DNA from: the human T2T-CHM13v2.0 reference genome, Homo sapiens
Assembly: GCF_009914755.1 (NCBI RefSeq)
Contig: NC_060932.1
Reading direction: 5' to 3' (one strand)
DNA: 64,000 nt
Below, one piece after another: positions 12,970-28,547 of this stretch; positions within the stretch are counted from its first letter, which is position 1; every line of letters starts with the position of its first letter. The notes beneath the pieces are model-generated. The model worked only from the letters and a program-made list of their open reading frames with translations. It was not told the origin of the DNA and did not search any database. A program made the translations under genes and the position numbers.

Positions 12970-14700
12970 CTGTTTAAAAAAAAAACATTAAAGGCACACA
13001 AGTGAAATATCTTCACAATTAAACATGCAAGCTATATTTATACAACGCTTAAATACCATGGAAGAAGGTAAGAATGGATGGACCACCTGTATGATTTTCT
13101 AAGGAACTGTGAAAACAAAGTAAAAAACCAAGAAAATAGTTCCTAATAAAATCTTGGGATTTTGCAATGTTTTCTGTACATTAATGACAAAAAATCTGAG
13201 TGTGCAATCATTACTATCAAAACATAGTAAACAGATGATTCTTAGATTGCTAACCGTGAATATTATTTTTTAAAGTACTGCATTTCATCATTACTTACCC
13301 CAGAAAGCTTGCATGTATTTAATCATTAAAAACATCATCTGTGAATATTTTTATTTATACTTTGGTAATTAAATAACTAAGCATTGGCAAGAAAGTCATC
13401 AGTGGTTCTTGGACTTATCTAATGAAAAAAGTTTTTTGAATTTTTTCTATAACCAACAAAACAGAGTAAATATAAGCAATGTTTCCTGAAACTAAAATGT
13501 CATCGAATATATTCCTAGCAAATATTAAAGATACGTATAAGTAGCATTATCGATAAAAACAAAAGACTGAAAACAACCTAAACAACCATCAATGCAGCAT
13601 CAGTTATATAAATGTCCATAGCATAAAACACTGAACAGCTATAAAAGGAGGAAGACTACTACACACCTTGCTTCTTTTATTTTACTTAATATACCTCGGA
13701 GGTTATACCTTAGCAGTGTAGGGTATAATGTTAAACGAAAAAAAGCAAGGTACCAAATAGTGTGTGCTTTATATTATCTTTTGTCTAAGAAAGGTGAAAA
13801 TGAAAATATAAATATATATTTGCTTACTTTTTTTAAAGAATAAACCCAAAACTAAAAAAAAAAAAAAAAACTTACTTAGGAATGGAAGCTGTATGTCTCT
13901 GAATGTACACTGTTTCATAGATTTTATTTTGAAAACATGAATTTTTTGCATAATTACAGAAATCAAAATTTCATCCAAAAGGGGTGGGGGAGCAATCTCT
14001 AAAATCGAAAGAAAACTGGAACTAAATCTATCTACAGTGACTTAACCACAAAGAGAATTATTTCAAAAGACTTAAAAAACTGTAAAATAGCCATGAGATC
14101 CTAAAGAGAAAAAAAAATCTTAAATTGTTTTCAGTAATCACATTGTTAGTAACAAGTAATATGCTTTTACTTAAGTCAAACAAAATTAAATAAAAATGGA
14201 GACAAAGTAATCTCTATAAAGAAAACAAAGCAATTAAAACCTAATTGATTGGTGGCCCTAATCATACGAAGAACAGTTATTTCAAATAACTTTAAAATAT
14301 AGTCAAATAACCACATATTCTAAAGATTTTTTTAAACCCTGCAAATAAATCATAAACTATTTTTAGTAATCATGCTGTTAGTAATATTGGCGTCCCTGTC
14401 TCACTGCAATTGCTATTATAAAATTATTATATATATATATATAAAATATACATAAAATAGACTAAAGAATTAATGTCAGAAACAAAGGTTTTTAGCATAA
14501 AGAGACACAAATATAAAATCAAACACACTACCTAAAACCCTGTAGTTTTAAATCCTAACTGAAATCCTAACTGAAAATATAGTCTTAAATCCTAACTGAA
14601 AATATCACAATGAATTCATGATGTATTTTCTCTTAAGGAAAAAAAAAAGTACTAGGTATTTCCTAGCTTAAGTATCCACTTAAGAGGCCTAAAAGCCATA

Positions 14701-15089
14701 ACCCAACAACTGCAAAATGCACATTGTATTCATCAACACATGGAACATATTCCAAGACAGACCACATAAGCCACAAAACAAGTCACAGTATATTTAAGAA
14801 AATCAAAATTATATCAACTACTCTCTCAGACCACAGTGGCATAAAATTGGACATCAACTGCAAAAGGAACACTCAAAAAGCATGCAAATACATGGAAATT
14901 AAATAACCTGCTCCTGAATGATTGTTGGGTCAACGATGAAATCAAAATGGAAATTTAAGAATTTGAACTGAATGATAATAGTGACACAACTTATCAAAAC
15001 CTCTGGGATACAGAAAAAGTGGTGCTAAGAGCAAAGTTTACAGCACTGAATGCCTGCATGAAAAAGTCTGAAAGAGCACAAATAAGACA
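14701..15089 (+). repeat. 389-bp direct duplicate of L1 ORF2 segment 21893-22281
   Basis: By-eye alignment at offset 7192 is identical except 14904 T vs 22096 C. Confidence 0.95.
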
Positions 15090-15095
15090 TACATG

Positions 15096-15097
<2 letters not shown>

Positions 15098-15135
<38 letters not shown>
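15098..15135. repeat. (CA)n microsatellite
   Basis: About 19 AC units. Confidence 0.97.
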
Positions 15136-15137
<2 letters not shown>

Positions 15138-16316
15138 CTCAAAATGTCTCCTCAGAAAATACTTATTACTTACTATTCAACAACAAAACATACGGATTAA
15201 TTAACTTTACAGCAAAGAAGCCTGGCATACTCCTCACCGCATGACAAAAGTCGTCACTGATGGGACAAGTCAATCTCAGGCGTCTCCTCATAGAAAGCAC
15301 TAAGGTAAGTCCAAGTCATTTTTCTGGTATTCATGCTAAAATGCATAAATCATGAGGAAACACCAGACAAACTCAATTGAGGGGCATTCTAAAAACTCTG
15401 TGGTCCCATACTCTTCATAAATATTATGGTCATAAAAGGTAAGAAAGACTGAGGAACTGTTTGTTACAGATTGAAGTGGAATGAAGAGAAATGTTAAGTA
15501 CATGTAACACATGGTCTTGATTAGCTCCTGGAGCTGTAAAGGTTTGGGATGATTAGTGAAATCTGAAATGGAGTCTGTGGATTAAATGGTAATATGGATC
15601 AAAGTTAACTTCCCGATAGAACGGTGTCCGTGTCCTTAAGAAATATACATTGAAATATTAAGGGGTAATGGGACATCATGTCTACAACTTATTCCCAGAT
15701 GGTTCAGAAATGCTATCAATGGGGAATAAAGGTGAAGGATACATGGGAAGTCTATGTACTATTTCCACAAATTGTATATAAATCTGAAATTACTTCCATA
15801 GTTTAAAAAAAAATAAAAGGGAGAAAGCAAAACAGTTCTATAATATATTCCCAATTACTAACAGATCAACCATGCTGCAAATGAACTTAACTCCTCATTA
15901 GGATATAACTTCTTTTTAAGACCCATCTACACACTGTGGAGTCAAGACTGGATCTTTCCTCCACAGACCTATTACTTCTCAATACTGAGTTACAGTCACC
16001 AGGTTTATAACAAAGGTGCCACTACACTGCAGAGGGGAATGGACTATCTTTTCAATAAATGGTGCTGGATTAAATGAATGTCCATATATTTTTTAAATGA
16101 AGAAAAATATTGAACTCTACCTCACATCATACATTAAACTCGATTCCTGACAGACTGTAGATCTAAACTGTAAAGATCTAATAATACTGCTTCTAAAACT
16201 AACATGAGGTTATCTTCACAAACTTGTAAGAGACACAGGTGTATTAAATGGCACACCAAAAAAGCGCTAACTATAAAGGAAAAGACTAATAAATTAGCTT
16301 CCACTAAACAAGAATT

Positions 16317-16626
<310 letters not shown>

Positions 16627-19331
16627 CTCATTGAAAAGAATTTCTATTCATCAAAATGTACCCTTAGGAGTATAGAAAGATATTTGCAATATACATATCT
16701 GATAAATTATATGAATCCAGAATATGTAAGAACCCTGTAAGCCAGTAAAAAGTAGAAAAAATTTTAAAACAGACAATGCAGATTTTTAAGTGGGAAAAAC
16801 ATTCCAACCAGCACTTTACAACAGAGCCTAGCCTAATGCCAACAGGCATATGGAAGGATGCTCACCTGCATTTGTTATTAGAGAAATGCAAATTAAAAAC
16901 ACAATGAATTACTATTATACCTCTCAGCATAATAGCTAAAATTTTGAAAGCTGGAGATATCAAATGTTGATGAGGATGTGGACAGCTCTCATACCGCTGG
17001 TGGGAAGGTAAACTGACATTCTTTGACATTATGTATTAATACCAAATACATTCATAACTATGACCCAACAGTTCCAATCCTAGATATATTCCCAAGAGAA
17101 ATGTATGCATTTTAAGAATACTGTTCACAGCAGTATTATTTCTAATAGCTCAAAACTGGAAACAATTCAAATACGTATAATAGTACAATGAATAATATGT
17201 AAATTATGTATACTTATGCAATAGAATACTACATAGCAATGAAATACTATACCATTAAATGCAACATAGATGACTCTCACACACAATATTGAGAAAAATG
17301 AGCTATCACAAGAGTCTACTGTCTGATTCCAACAAGAAGGCACAACTAATCTGGTAGAAATCAGAATATTGGTTTCCTTTAGAGTTGTTTAACCAACTGA
17401 AGTGGGCATGAGGGAAGCTTCCATAGCACTAGTAAAACATGTGGTGAAGTGTTCACAGCATAAAAATTCATCAAGCTCTATAACTGTAATGTGCCCTTGT
17501 CTGTATACAGTATTAGACTTTATTTTAAAAGTTTACACCAAATAATCGATTCATTCTCTCAGCTTACTACAACACTCAACCATGGAAATTCTTATCTCCA
17601 CTGGGGCCTTTCAGACACTCTCCTGTTTCCTTCCTCTGACTCTTGCTGGTTTACTTCCTGCTATAATCCTCTAAATATGGACTTGACCCAGAGCTCAGCA
17701 CACAATTAACTGCTCTTGCTTTACATTATATGCCTTTGCTTTACATTATATGCCTTAGACAGCTTGTTCTGTTCCATTCCAAATGCCACTCTCAACACTC
17801 CTGCAGAGCGGGAGGCATACAGTACTCAATGCACGTGAGTCTCTTTCTTTCTTCACCCATAAACTATGACAATGGTTTTTTAGTGTCTCCCACCTTCCCT
17901 TTACATGTCAAACTGAGCTTCCTAAAATACTCCTTTAAATGCATCATGCACTGCTCATGAATATTAATTCCTCCCAGCTACGTATAAAACTTAATCTCGT
18001 AAAGCTGGCATTCAAGTCGTCCCAATTCACTCACTAACTACATCTCCAGTCTTACCTCCTACTAGTCATTTACCTGCTCTAATTAAAAACCATCTATAAA
18101 ATTTTTTTTTTACCAAATCCATTGTCCAGATTCCTACTTCAAAGCCTTTCCTCATAGTATTCCCTCTGGCTAAAATATTCTTTCCTCTCATCTATAACTG
18201 CCTACTTTTCGGTCAAGGCCTGTATCTTACTTCAACTACTTCAGTCCATGTTTATCATTACCTGTAATACTGATGGCTGTTATTGTCTACTTGGCACTTA
18301 ATCTTTACCATCAAATTACGTGTTCATATATAAGACTGTAAGACACTCACTGAAAGGGACAATGTTTTATTTCTCTTAGATATGTAAAAAGCAAGTGTTA
18401 AATATATCATGGTGGTGGTATGCTACTAATGATCAACCAGTATTCTGAAGAGGCTTTTAAAAATTAAAGAAATGGACAATCTTATAGGAACTTCAAAATG
18501 AAGAGAATAAGTTTTTTTTCTATTGTAATAATATTTTGGCTTATTTAAGCTTAATAAATACTGCAATCAGTTGAACAGAAGCAGAGACTTGCAATCAGAA
18601 AGCCATGGATTCTGCAGAGTAGTCCTTGAAAGAGCAGAGAATGTCAACCTAGCACAGACCACATGAGAATGAAACAAGTGTCTATGTGATTTGATTATGA
18701 ATATAACCAAGTAGAGAATGATTAAATACATTTTAGAGTTATTGTTGACAGGCACAAAATCTTTCTTAACCTCCATAACAAAAATATCTAAGGCGAAATT
18801 AATATTGACTAGAAGGTAACCACTTGAATTAATCAGTTAACAAATGAATGAGTAAATGGATATATGGCTGGTACTAAAGTTATAGTAATTCCATTAACCT
18901 AATGTTATCAATTAATACACTATGTCCAAAATACAGGTTTGCCTTTCCCAATAGATAACGGGACATATAGATTCACTGAGGTCACCCGGAGAAAATGATG
19001 GATATCAGGCAGGACTAACTTGAGGCTCCCACTCAGGACAAAACAGCATGTGGAGACTCACAGTGTAAACTCTGCTCCAAGAACCACCACAAGAACATAC
19101 CAGGAAAACTGAAAGAATTCACAGACCCTTTGAAAGAAGCAGCTTGCCGCTGCAAACTCCATGAGACAGCCAAAACACCGTGAGTGCCCAAAGTGTGAGA
19201 GGGGGAAAGTCTGCCTCCAAACACACATCCTCACTGGGGAACCTGAAAATCCAGATCACAGAAGAATTTAACCTTACCTAGGACTGAAACAAATTTAGAG
19301 AGCTGAGCGAAATATAAAAGTAGAAGAAGCA

Positions 19332-19658
19332 GGCCAGGAATGGTGGGTCATGCCTGTAATCCCAACACTTTGGGAGGCCAAGGTGAGTGGATCGCTTGAG
19401 CCCAGGAGTTTGAGACAAGCCTGGCTAATATGGTGAAACGCTGTTTCTACTAAAAATACAAAAAAAAAAAAAAAATTAGCTGGGCAAGGTGGTGCACACC
19501 TGTAATCCCAGCTACTTGGGAGGCTGAGGCAGGAGAATTGCTTGAGCCCAGGAGGCGGAGGCTGCAGTAAGCCAAGATCAACGCCACTGCACTCCAACCT
19601 GGGTGACAGACTGAGACTCCACCTAAAAAAAAAAACAAAACAAAAACAAAAACAAAAA
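19332..19658 (+). mobile_element. Alu inserted in the L1 5'UTR
   Basis: TSD AAAAGTAGAAGAAGCA / AAAACTAGAAGCAGCA. Confidence 0.95.
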
Positions 19659-19711
19659 CTAGAAGCAGCAGTGATAAGAGACCCCTGTAGACACTCCCAG
19701 TCCCTAGGGAA

Positions 19712-19748
<37 letters not shown>

Positions 19749-22700
19749 CATCTCACAGTGGTCCTTGGGGAAGGCAGTCAGTGGAACTGGGGAAGTACCA
19801 CAGTGAGAAAGACTTCTAGCTGAACGCTGTCATAATTTTGACTGAATGCAAATTTTCCTGGGCAGAATCTGGGTGGGGGGTGGGGGAGGAGGTGGGAATA
19901 GGGGGCCGGCGGGAATAGGGGGCCAACGGAAAGTACAGATATGAGAACAGAAGCCACTGCAGGCATGGAAGGGCAAGGCCTGAAAGCCCTGCTTGCTTTC
20001 TTAGCAGGAAGACTTCTAGCCTAGGGCAAATGCTTTTTCTGCAGACACTCCCCAATACCAGCCTGGAGTCCAGTAGCTCCACTGGGTAGCTAGACCCAGA
20101 AGAAAAATAACCATCGCTGCAGTTCAGCTCTCAGGAAGCCCCATTCATAGGGAAACGGGGAGAGAACCACATCAAGGGATCATCCCGTGGGATAAAAGAA
20201 TCTGAACAGCAGATTCAAGATCTTGCCTCTGACACAGTATATCCAAATGAGAAGAAACCAGAAAAACAATTCTGGTAATATGACAAAACAAGGTTCTATA
20301 ACACCCTCAAAAGATCACACTAGTTCACCAGCGATGGATCCAAACCAGGAAGAAATATCTGAATTACCAGAAAAAGAATTCAGTAGGTCGGTTATTAAGC
20401 AGCTCAAGGAGGCACTAGAGAAAGGTGAAAGGCAACTTAAAGAAATTTTTAAAATAATACAAGACATGGATGAAAAAATTTCCAGAGAAATAGAATCATA
20501 AATAAAAAAGAGTCACAACTTCTGAAAATGAAAGACACACTTAGAGGCATGCAAAATATACTGCAAAGTTTCAACAATAGAATCAAACAAGCAGAAGAAA
20601 GAACTTCAGAGCTCAAAGACAAGGCCTAATCAAATTAACCCAATCTGACACAGACAAAGGAAAAAGAATTTTAAAAAATGAACAAAGCCTCCAAGAAGTT
20701 TGGGATTATGTTAAATGACCAAACCTAAGAATAAGTGGTGTTCCTGAGGAAGAAGAAAAATCTAAAAGTTTGGAAAACTTAGAGGGAATAATCAAGGAAA
20801 ACTTCCTGGCCTTGCTGGAGATCTAGACATCCAAATACAAGAAGGTCAAGGAACACCCAGGGAATTCATTGCAAAAAGATCATCACCTAGGCACACAGTC
20901 AATCAGGTTATCTAAAGTCAAGTCAAAGGAAATAATCTTAAGATCTGTGAGGCAAAAGCACCAGGTAACCTATAAAGAAAAACCTATCCGATAAATAGCA
21001 GATTTCTCAGCATAAAATCTACAAGCCAGATGGAATTGAGGTCCTATCTTTAGCCTCCTTAAATAAAATAATTATCAGTCAAGAATTTTATGTCCAGTGA
21101 AACTAAGCTTCATTAATGACGGAAAGATAAAAGTCTTTTTCAGGCAAACAAATGCTGAGAGAATTTGCCACTATCAAGTCAGCACTAAAGAAGTAATAAA
21201 ATGAATTATTAAATCTTGAAACAAAGCCTCAGAATACACCAAAACAGAACCTCCTTAAAGCATAAATCTCACAGGGCCTATAAAACAATAACACAATGAG
21301 AAAAAACAGACAAAAGGTATTGGGGCAACAACTAGCACAATGGATAGAATAGTACCTCACATCTTAATACTAATGTTGAATGTAAATGGCCTAAATGCTC
21401 CACTTAAAAGATACAGAATGGCAGAATGGATAAGAATTCACCAACCAAGTATCTGCTGTTTTCAAGGGACTCACCTAACACATAAGGACTCACATAAACT
21501 GAAGGTAAAGGGGTAGAAAGAGATATTTCATGCAAACAAACACCAAAAGCCAGCAGGAGTAGCTATTCTTACATCAGATAAAACAGACTTTAAAGCAACA
21601 ACAGTTAAAAATGACAAAGAGGGACATTACATAATGATAAACGGACTAGTCCAACAGGAAAATATCACAATCCTAAATATAAATGCACCTAACACTGGAG
21701 TTCCCAATTTATAAAACAATTACTACTAGACCTTAATAAATGAGACAGAGGGCAAAATAATAATAGTGAGGGACTTCAATATTCCACTGACAGCACTAGA
21801 CAGGTCGTTAAGACAGAAAGTCAACAAAAAAACAATGGACTTAAACTATACCCTACAACAAATGGATTTAACAGATATATACAGAACATTCTACCCAACA
21901 ACTGCAAAATGCACATTGTATTCATCAACACATGGAACATATTCCAAGACAGACCACATAAGCCACAAAACAAGTCACAGTATATTTAAGAAAATCAAAA
22001 TTATATCAACTACTCTCTCAGACCACAGTGGCATAAAATTGGACATCAACTGCAAAAGGAACACTCAAAAAGCATGCAAATACATGGAAATTAAACAACC
22101 TGCTCCTGAATGATTGTTGGGTCAACGATGAAATCAAAATGGAAATTTAAGAATTTGAACTGAATGATAATAGTGACACAACTTATCAAAACCTCTGGGA
22201 TACAGAAAAAGTGGTGCTAAGAGCAAAGTTTACAGCACTGAATGCCTGCATGAAAAAGTCTGAAAGAGCACAAATAAGACAATCTAGGGTCACACCTCAA
22301 GAACTAGAGAAACAAGAACAAACCAAACCCAGCAGAAGAAAAGAAATAACAAAGATGAGAGCAGAACTAAATGAAATTGAAACAAAAGAAATACAAAAGA
22401 TAAATAAAACAAAAAGTTGGTTCTTTGAAAAGATAAACAAAATTGATAGAACATTAGCAAGATTAACCAAAAAAAGAAGACAGAAGATCCAAATAAGCTC
22501 AATTAGAAACAAACAGGAGATATAACAACTGATACCAGAGAAATACAAAATATCATTCAAGGCTACTATGAACACCTTTACACACACAAACTAGAAAACC
22601 TAGAGGAGCTGGATAAATTCCTGGAAATATACAACCCTTCTAGGTTAAACCAGGAAGAAACAGAAACTCTGAACTGACCACAGCAAGACTGAAATGGTAA

Positions 22701-24646
22701 TTTTAAAACTGACAACAACAATAAAAAAAGCCCAGGACCAGACGGATTCACAGCTGAATTCTAACAGACTTTCAAAAAAAGAACTGGTATTAATCCTATT
22801 GGCACTATTCCAAAAGACAGAGAAAGAGGGAATCCTCCCTAAATCATTCAATGAAGCCATTATCACCCTAATACCAAAAACAGGGAAGTACATAACAAAA
22901 AAAGAAAGCCACAGACCAATATCCCTGATGAACATAGATGCAAAAAATCCTCAACAAAATATAAGCTAACTGAATCCAACAGCGTATCGAAAAGGTAATT
23001 CACCATGAACAAGTGGGTTTCATACCAGGGATGCAGGGATAGTTTAACGTCCACAAGTCAATAAATGTGATACACCACAGAAACAGAATTAAAAACAAAA
23101 ATCACATGACATCTCAACAAAGAAAAAGCATTTTACAAAATCCAGCATCCCTATATGATTAAAACCCTCAGCAAAATCGGCATAGAAGGGACATACCTTA
23201 AGGTAATAAAAGCATCTATAACAAACCCATAGCCAACGTTATACTGAACAGGGAACAAGTTGAAAGCATTCCCCCTGAGAACTGGAACAAGACAAAGATG
23301 CCCACTTTCACCACTTCTATTCAACACAGTACTGGAAGTCCTAGCCAGAGCAATCGACAAGAGAAAGAAATAAAGGGCATCCAAATCGATAAAGAGGAAG
23401 TCAAACTGTTGCTGTTTGCTGATGATATGATCGTATACCTAGAAAACCCTAAAGACTCAACCAAAAAGCTCCTAGATCTGATAAATGAATTCAGTAAAGT
23501 TTCAAGATACAAAATAAACGTACACAAGTCAGTAGCTCTGCTATACACCAACAGCGACCAAGCTGAGAATCAAATCAGGAACTCAAACCCTTTCACAATA
23601 GCTGCAAAAAAATGAAATACTTAGGAATGTACCTAATGAAGAAGGTGGAAAGAACTCTACGACAAAAACTACAAAACACTGCTGAAAGAAATCATAGAGG
23701 ATACAAACAAATGGAAGCACATCCCAAACTCTTGGATGGGTAGAATCAATATTGTGGAAATAGCATACTGCCAAAAGCAATCTACAAATTCTATGCAATT
23801 CGCATCAAAATACCATCATCATTTTTCACACTACTAGAAAAAACAATGCTAAAATTCATATGGAACCAAAAAAGAGCCCACATAACTAAAGCAAGACTAA
23901 GCATAATGAGCAAATCTGGAGGCATCACATTACCTGACTTCATACTATATTATAAGGCTATAGTCACCAAAACAGCACGATACTGCTATAAAAATAGGCA
24001 CATAGACCAATGGCACAGAATAGAGAACCCAGAAATAAAGCCCAATACTTAGAGCAAACTGATTTTCATCACAGCACACAAAAAATATAAAGTGGGGAAA
24101 GGACATCCTATTCAACAAATGGTGCTGGGATAATTGGCAAGTCACATGGAGAAGAATGAAACTGGATCCTCATCTCTCACTTGATATAAAAATTAACTCA
24201 AGATGGATCAAAGACTTAAATCAAGGCCTGAAACCATAAAAATTCTAGAAGATAACATTGGAAAAACTCTTCTAGACATTGGCTTAGGCAAAGGCTTCAT
24301 GACCAAGAACCCAAAAGCAAATGCAACAAAAACAAAGATAAACAGATGGGACTTAATTAAACTAAAAAGCTTCTGCACAGTTAAATAAATAATCAGCAAA
24401 GTAAACACACAACCCATAGAGTAGGAGAAAATCTTCACAAACTATGTATCTGACAAAGGACTAATATCCAGAATCTACAAGGAACTCAAATCAGCAAGAA
24501 AAAAATAATGCCATCAAAAAGTCAGCTAAGGACACGAATAGATAATTCTCAAAAGAAAATATACAAATGGCCAACAAACATGAAAAAATGTTCAACATCA
24601 TGAATTATCAGAGTAATGCAAATCAAAACCACAATGCAATACCAAC

Positions 24647-25028
24647 TGATATGGTTTGGCTGTGTCCCCACCCAAATCTCATCTTGAATTGTAATCCCCA
24701 TAATCTCCATGTGTCAAGGGAGAGACAAAGTGGAGGTAATTTGAATCATGGGGGCGGTTTCCCCCTTGCTGTTCCCATGATAGTGACTGAGTTCTCACAA
24801 GATCTGATAGTTTTGTAAGGGTTTGGCAAGTTCCTCCTTCAGTCTTTTTCTCTCTTGCCACCTTATGAAGAAGATGCCTGCCTCCCATTCACCTTTAACC
24901 ATGACTGTAAGTTTCCTGAGGCCTCTCCAGCCATATAGAACTGTGAGTCAATTAAACTTCCTCCTTTCCTTCATAAATTACCCAGAATCAAGAAGTTCTT
25001 TATAGCAGTGTGAGAACAGACTAACACA
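24647..25028 (+). mobile_element. THE1-type MaLR solo LTR inserted in L1 ORF2
   Basis: TGATATGGTTTGGCTGTGTCCCCACCCAAATCTCATC...GAACAGACTAACACA; 5-bp TSD CCAAC/CCACC. Confidence 0.92.
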
Positions 25029-25057
25029 CCACCTTACTCCTGCAAGAATGGCCATAA

Positions 25058-25414
<357 letters not shown>

Positions 25415-25871
25415 AAAAAGAAACACTTTTACACCACTGGTGGGAATGTCAACTAGTAAAACCACTATGGAAAACAGTATGGAGATTCCTTAAAGAACTA
25501 AAAGTAGAACTACCATTTGATCCAGCAATCCCACTACTGGGTATCTACCCAGAGGAAAATAAGTCATTATATGAAAGAGACACTTGTATACACATGTTTA
25601 TAGCAGCACAATTCACAATTGCGAAAACATAAAACCAGCCCAAATGCCCACCAATCAACGAACGGATAAAGAAAATGTGGTGTACATATATACCATAGAA
25701 TACTACTCAGCCATAAAAAGGAATGAAATAATGGCATTTACAGCTAACTGGATGGAGTTGGAGACCATTATTCTAAGTAAAGTCACACAGGAATGGAAAA
25801 CCAAATGTAGTATGTTCTCATAAATGGGAGGTAAGCTACAAGGACACAAAGGCATTGAGAATGATACAATG

Positions 25872-26413
<542 letters not shown>

Positions 26414-26625
26414 TCATCACGGAAGAATTTATCAATGTAACCGAATACCACCTGTTCCCCAAAAACTATTGAAATAAAAAAAAAAAGATAATGACATATA
26501 ATGTTGTTCGTATTGTATGCAATTAGAACAACTCTTTAAAATTATTCTTAGGAGCTTAAAATTAGAACAGTAATTTACTTAGCAGTATTTTACATGCAGG
26601 TGGTTTGCGGAATTTGTGATGGGGT

Positions 26626-26844
26626 TTCTTTCTTTTTTTTTTTCTTTTGAGACAGAGTCTTGCTCTGTCGCCCAGGCTGGAGTGTAGTGGCGTGATCTCG
26701 GCTCACTGAAACCTCCGCCTGCCAGGTTCAAGCAATTCTCCTGCCTCAACCTCCTAAGTAGTGGGGACTACAGGCACGCGCCACCATGCCCAGCCAATTT
26801 TTGTATTTTTAGTAGAGACGGGGTTTCACCATGCTGGCCAGGCT
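26626..26844 (-). mobile_element. AluS truncated by an AT-rich tract
   Basis: Stops at CTGGCCAGGCT, where (TA)-rich sequence begins. Confidence 0.92.
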
Positions 26845-27290
26845 ATATATAAATATATAGTTTTATATATTATATAAATTTATATAAATTATATTTATAT
26901 AATTATGTATAATTATATAATATATACAATATATTATAAATTTTTAATTTAAATATAAACTTAAATATAAATTAATTTAAATATAAATTAATTTATATTT
27001 CTATTAATTTACATTTATAAAAATTTATATTTATATTTATATTTATAAATATAATTTATATTTATATTTATAAATATAAATTATATTTATAATTTATATA
27101 ATATAAATATAATTTATATTTATAATTTATATTTATAAAAATAATATATTTATATTTAAATTAATTTAAATATAAATATATATTTATAATATATAAATAT
27201 ATAATATATAAAATAAAATATATATAATTATATAATATATAAAATATAGTTTTTTATATATATAACTATATATTTAAACTATGTATTTAA
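26845..27290. repeat. ~450-bp AT-rich low-complexity, quasi-palindromic tract
   Basis: Almost entirely A/T (TATATT/AATATA units); contains a perfect 38-bp palindrome at 27144-27181. Confidence 0.95.
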
Positions 27291-27306
27291 AAAGAGAAAT
27301 TAATCA

Positions 27307-27761
<455 letters not shown>

Positions 27762-27926
27762 TACTATCTTTACTCTAAAAAAAAAAAACTCAGTCAAATT
27801 TTCTGTGCTTTGTATTCAAATATGTTTTTGCCAACATTAAAAAAGTAAACAATGCACTTTTATAGTATCCACTAAAGCAAATTTTAAAAACAATTACAAT
27901 TACTTTTTTCATCCTCTCACCTTCAT

Positions 27927-28213
<287 letters not shown>

Positions 28214-28237
28214 TCCTTCAGTTATTTTTATGCTGCC

Positions 28238-28266
28238 GTGTGTGTGTGTGTGTGTGTGTGTGTGTA
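28238..28266. repeat. (GT)n microsatellite, read as (CA)n in the pre-mRNA, about 120 nt downstream of the donor
   Basis: About 14 GT units. Confidence 0.95.
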
Positions 28267-28387
28267 GGTATGGGCATATGTGTACTATTAATACTTGCTC
28301 ACTCTGTTACTAGCCTACTATAAATGAAACATACAACAAGCAGAACACACATAGCAGACAACATAACAGAAGGAGTCACTGCCATAC

Positions 28388-28547
28388 CTGGGTTATTGTT
28401 AACATTACTTTTGGGTGGCTTCTGAACTGGTTTGGGAAGCGTAGATTCAGTCAAAGCTTTATTGGCAACAGCCTGCTGAGCCTTCTTTATACTGCTGCCT
28501 TCGGATTCCCATGTCTGCTCACCAAGACTCAGCTGCACTGAGAACAT
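28388..28547 (-). CDS. STAU2: STAU2 coding exon (160 nt): C-terminal half of dsRBD1 plus linker
   Basis: TTTTTCTAAG|ATGTTC... to ...CCAG|GTATGG. Encodes MFSVQLSLGEQTWESEGSSIKKAQQAVANKALTESTLPKPVQKPPKSNVNNNP plus 1 nt, with the dsRBD KKxAxxxAxxAL-type motif; phase 0 in, phase 1 out. Confidence 0.97.

Larger units (their letters stand above)
13500..15815 (+). mobile_element. Old L1MC-like 3' region hosting the 389-bp templated insertion
   Basis: TATTTCCTAGC..., ATCATGAGGAAACACCAGACAAACTCAATTGAGGGGCATTCT and GAAAGACTGAGGAACTGTT resemble the L1MC4 3' end. Confidence 0.65.

Noticed and set aside
13291-13345. Strong donor-like GGG|GTAAGT on the minus strand
   Set aside because: No credible upstream acceptor.
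18953-18969. Possible L1PB TSD (AGATAACGGGACATATA vs AGATAATGACATATA at ~26486)
   Set aside because: Too degenerate and offset from the inferred 5' end to call.
28299-28387. Hydrophobic C-terminal extension of the ORF 28299-28547
   Set aside because: Read-through beyond the GT donor into the intron; no evidence for an alternative terminal exon.
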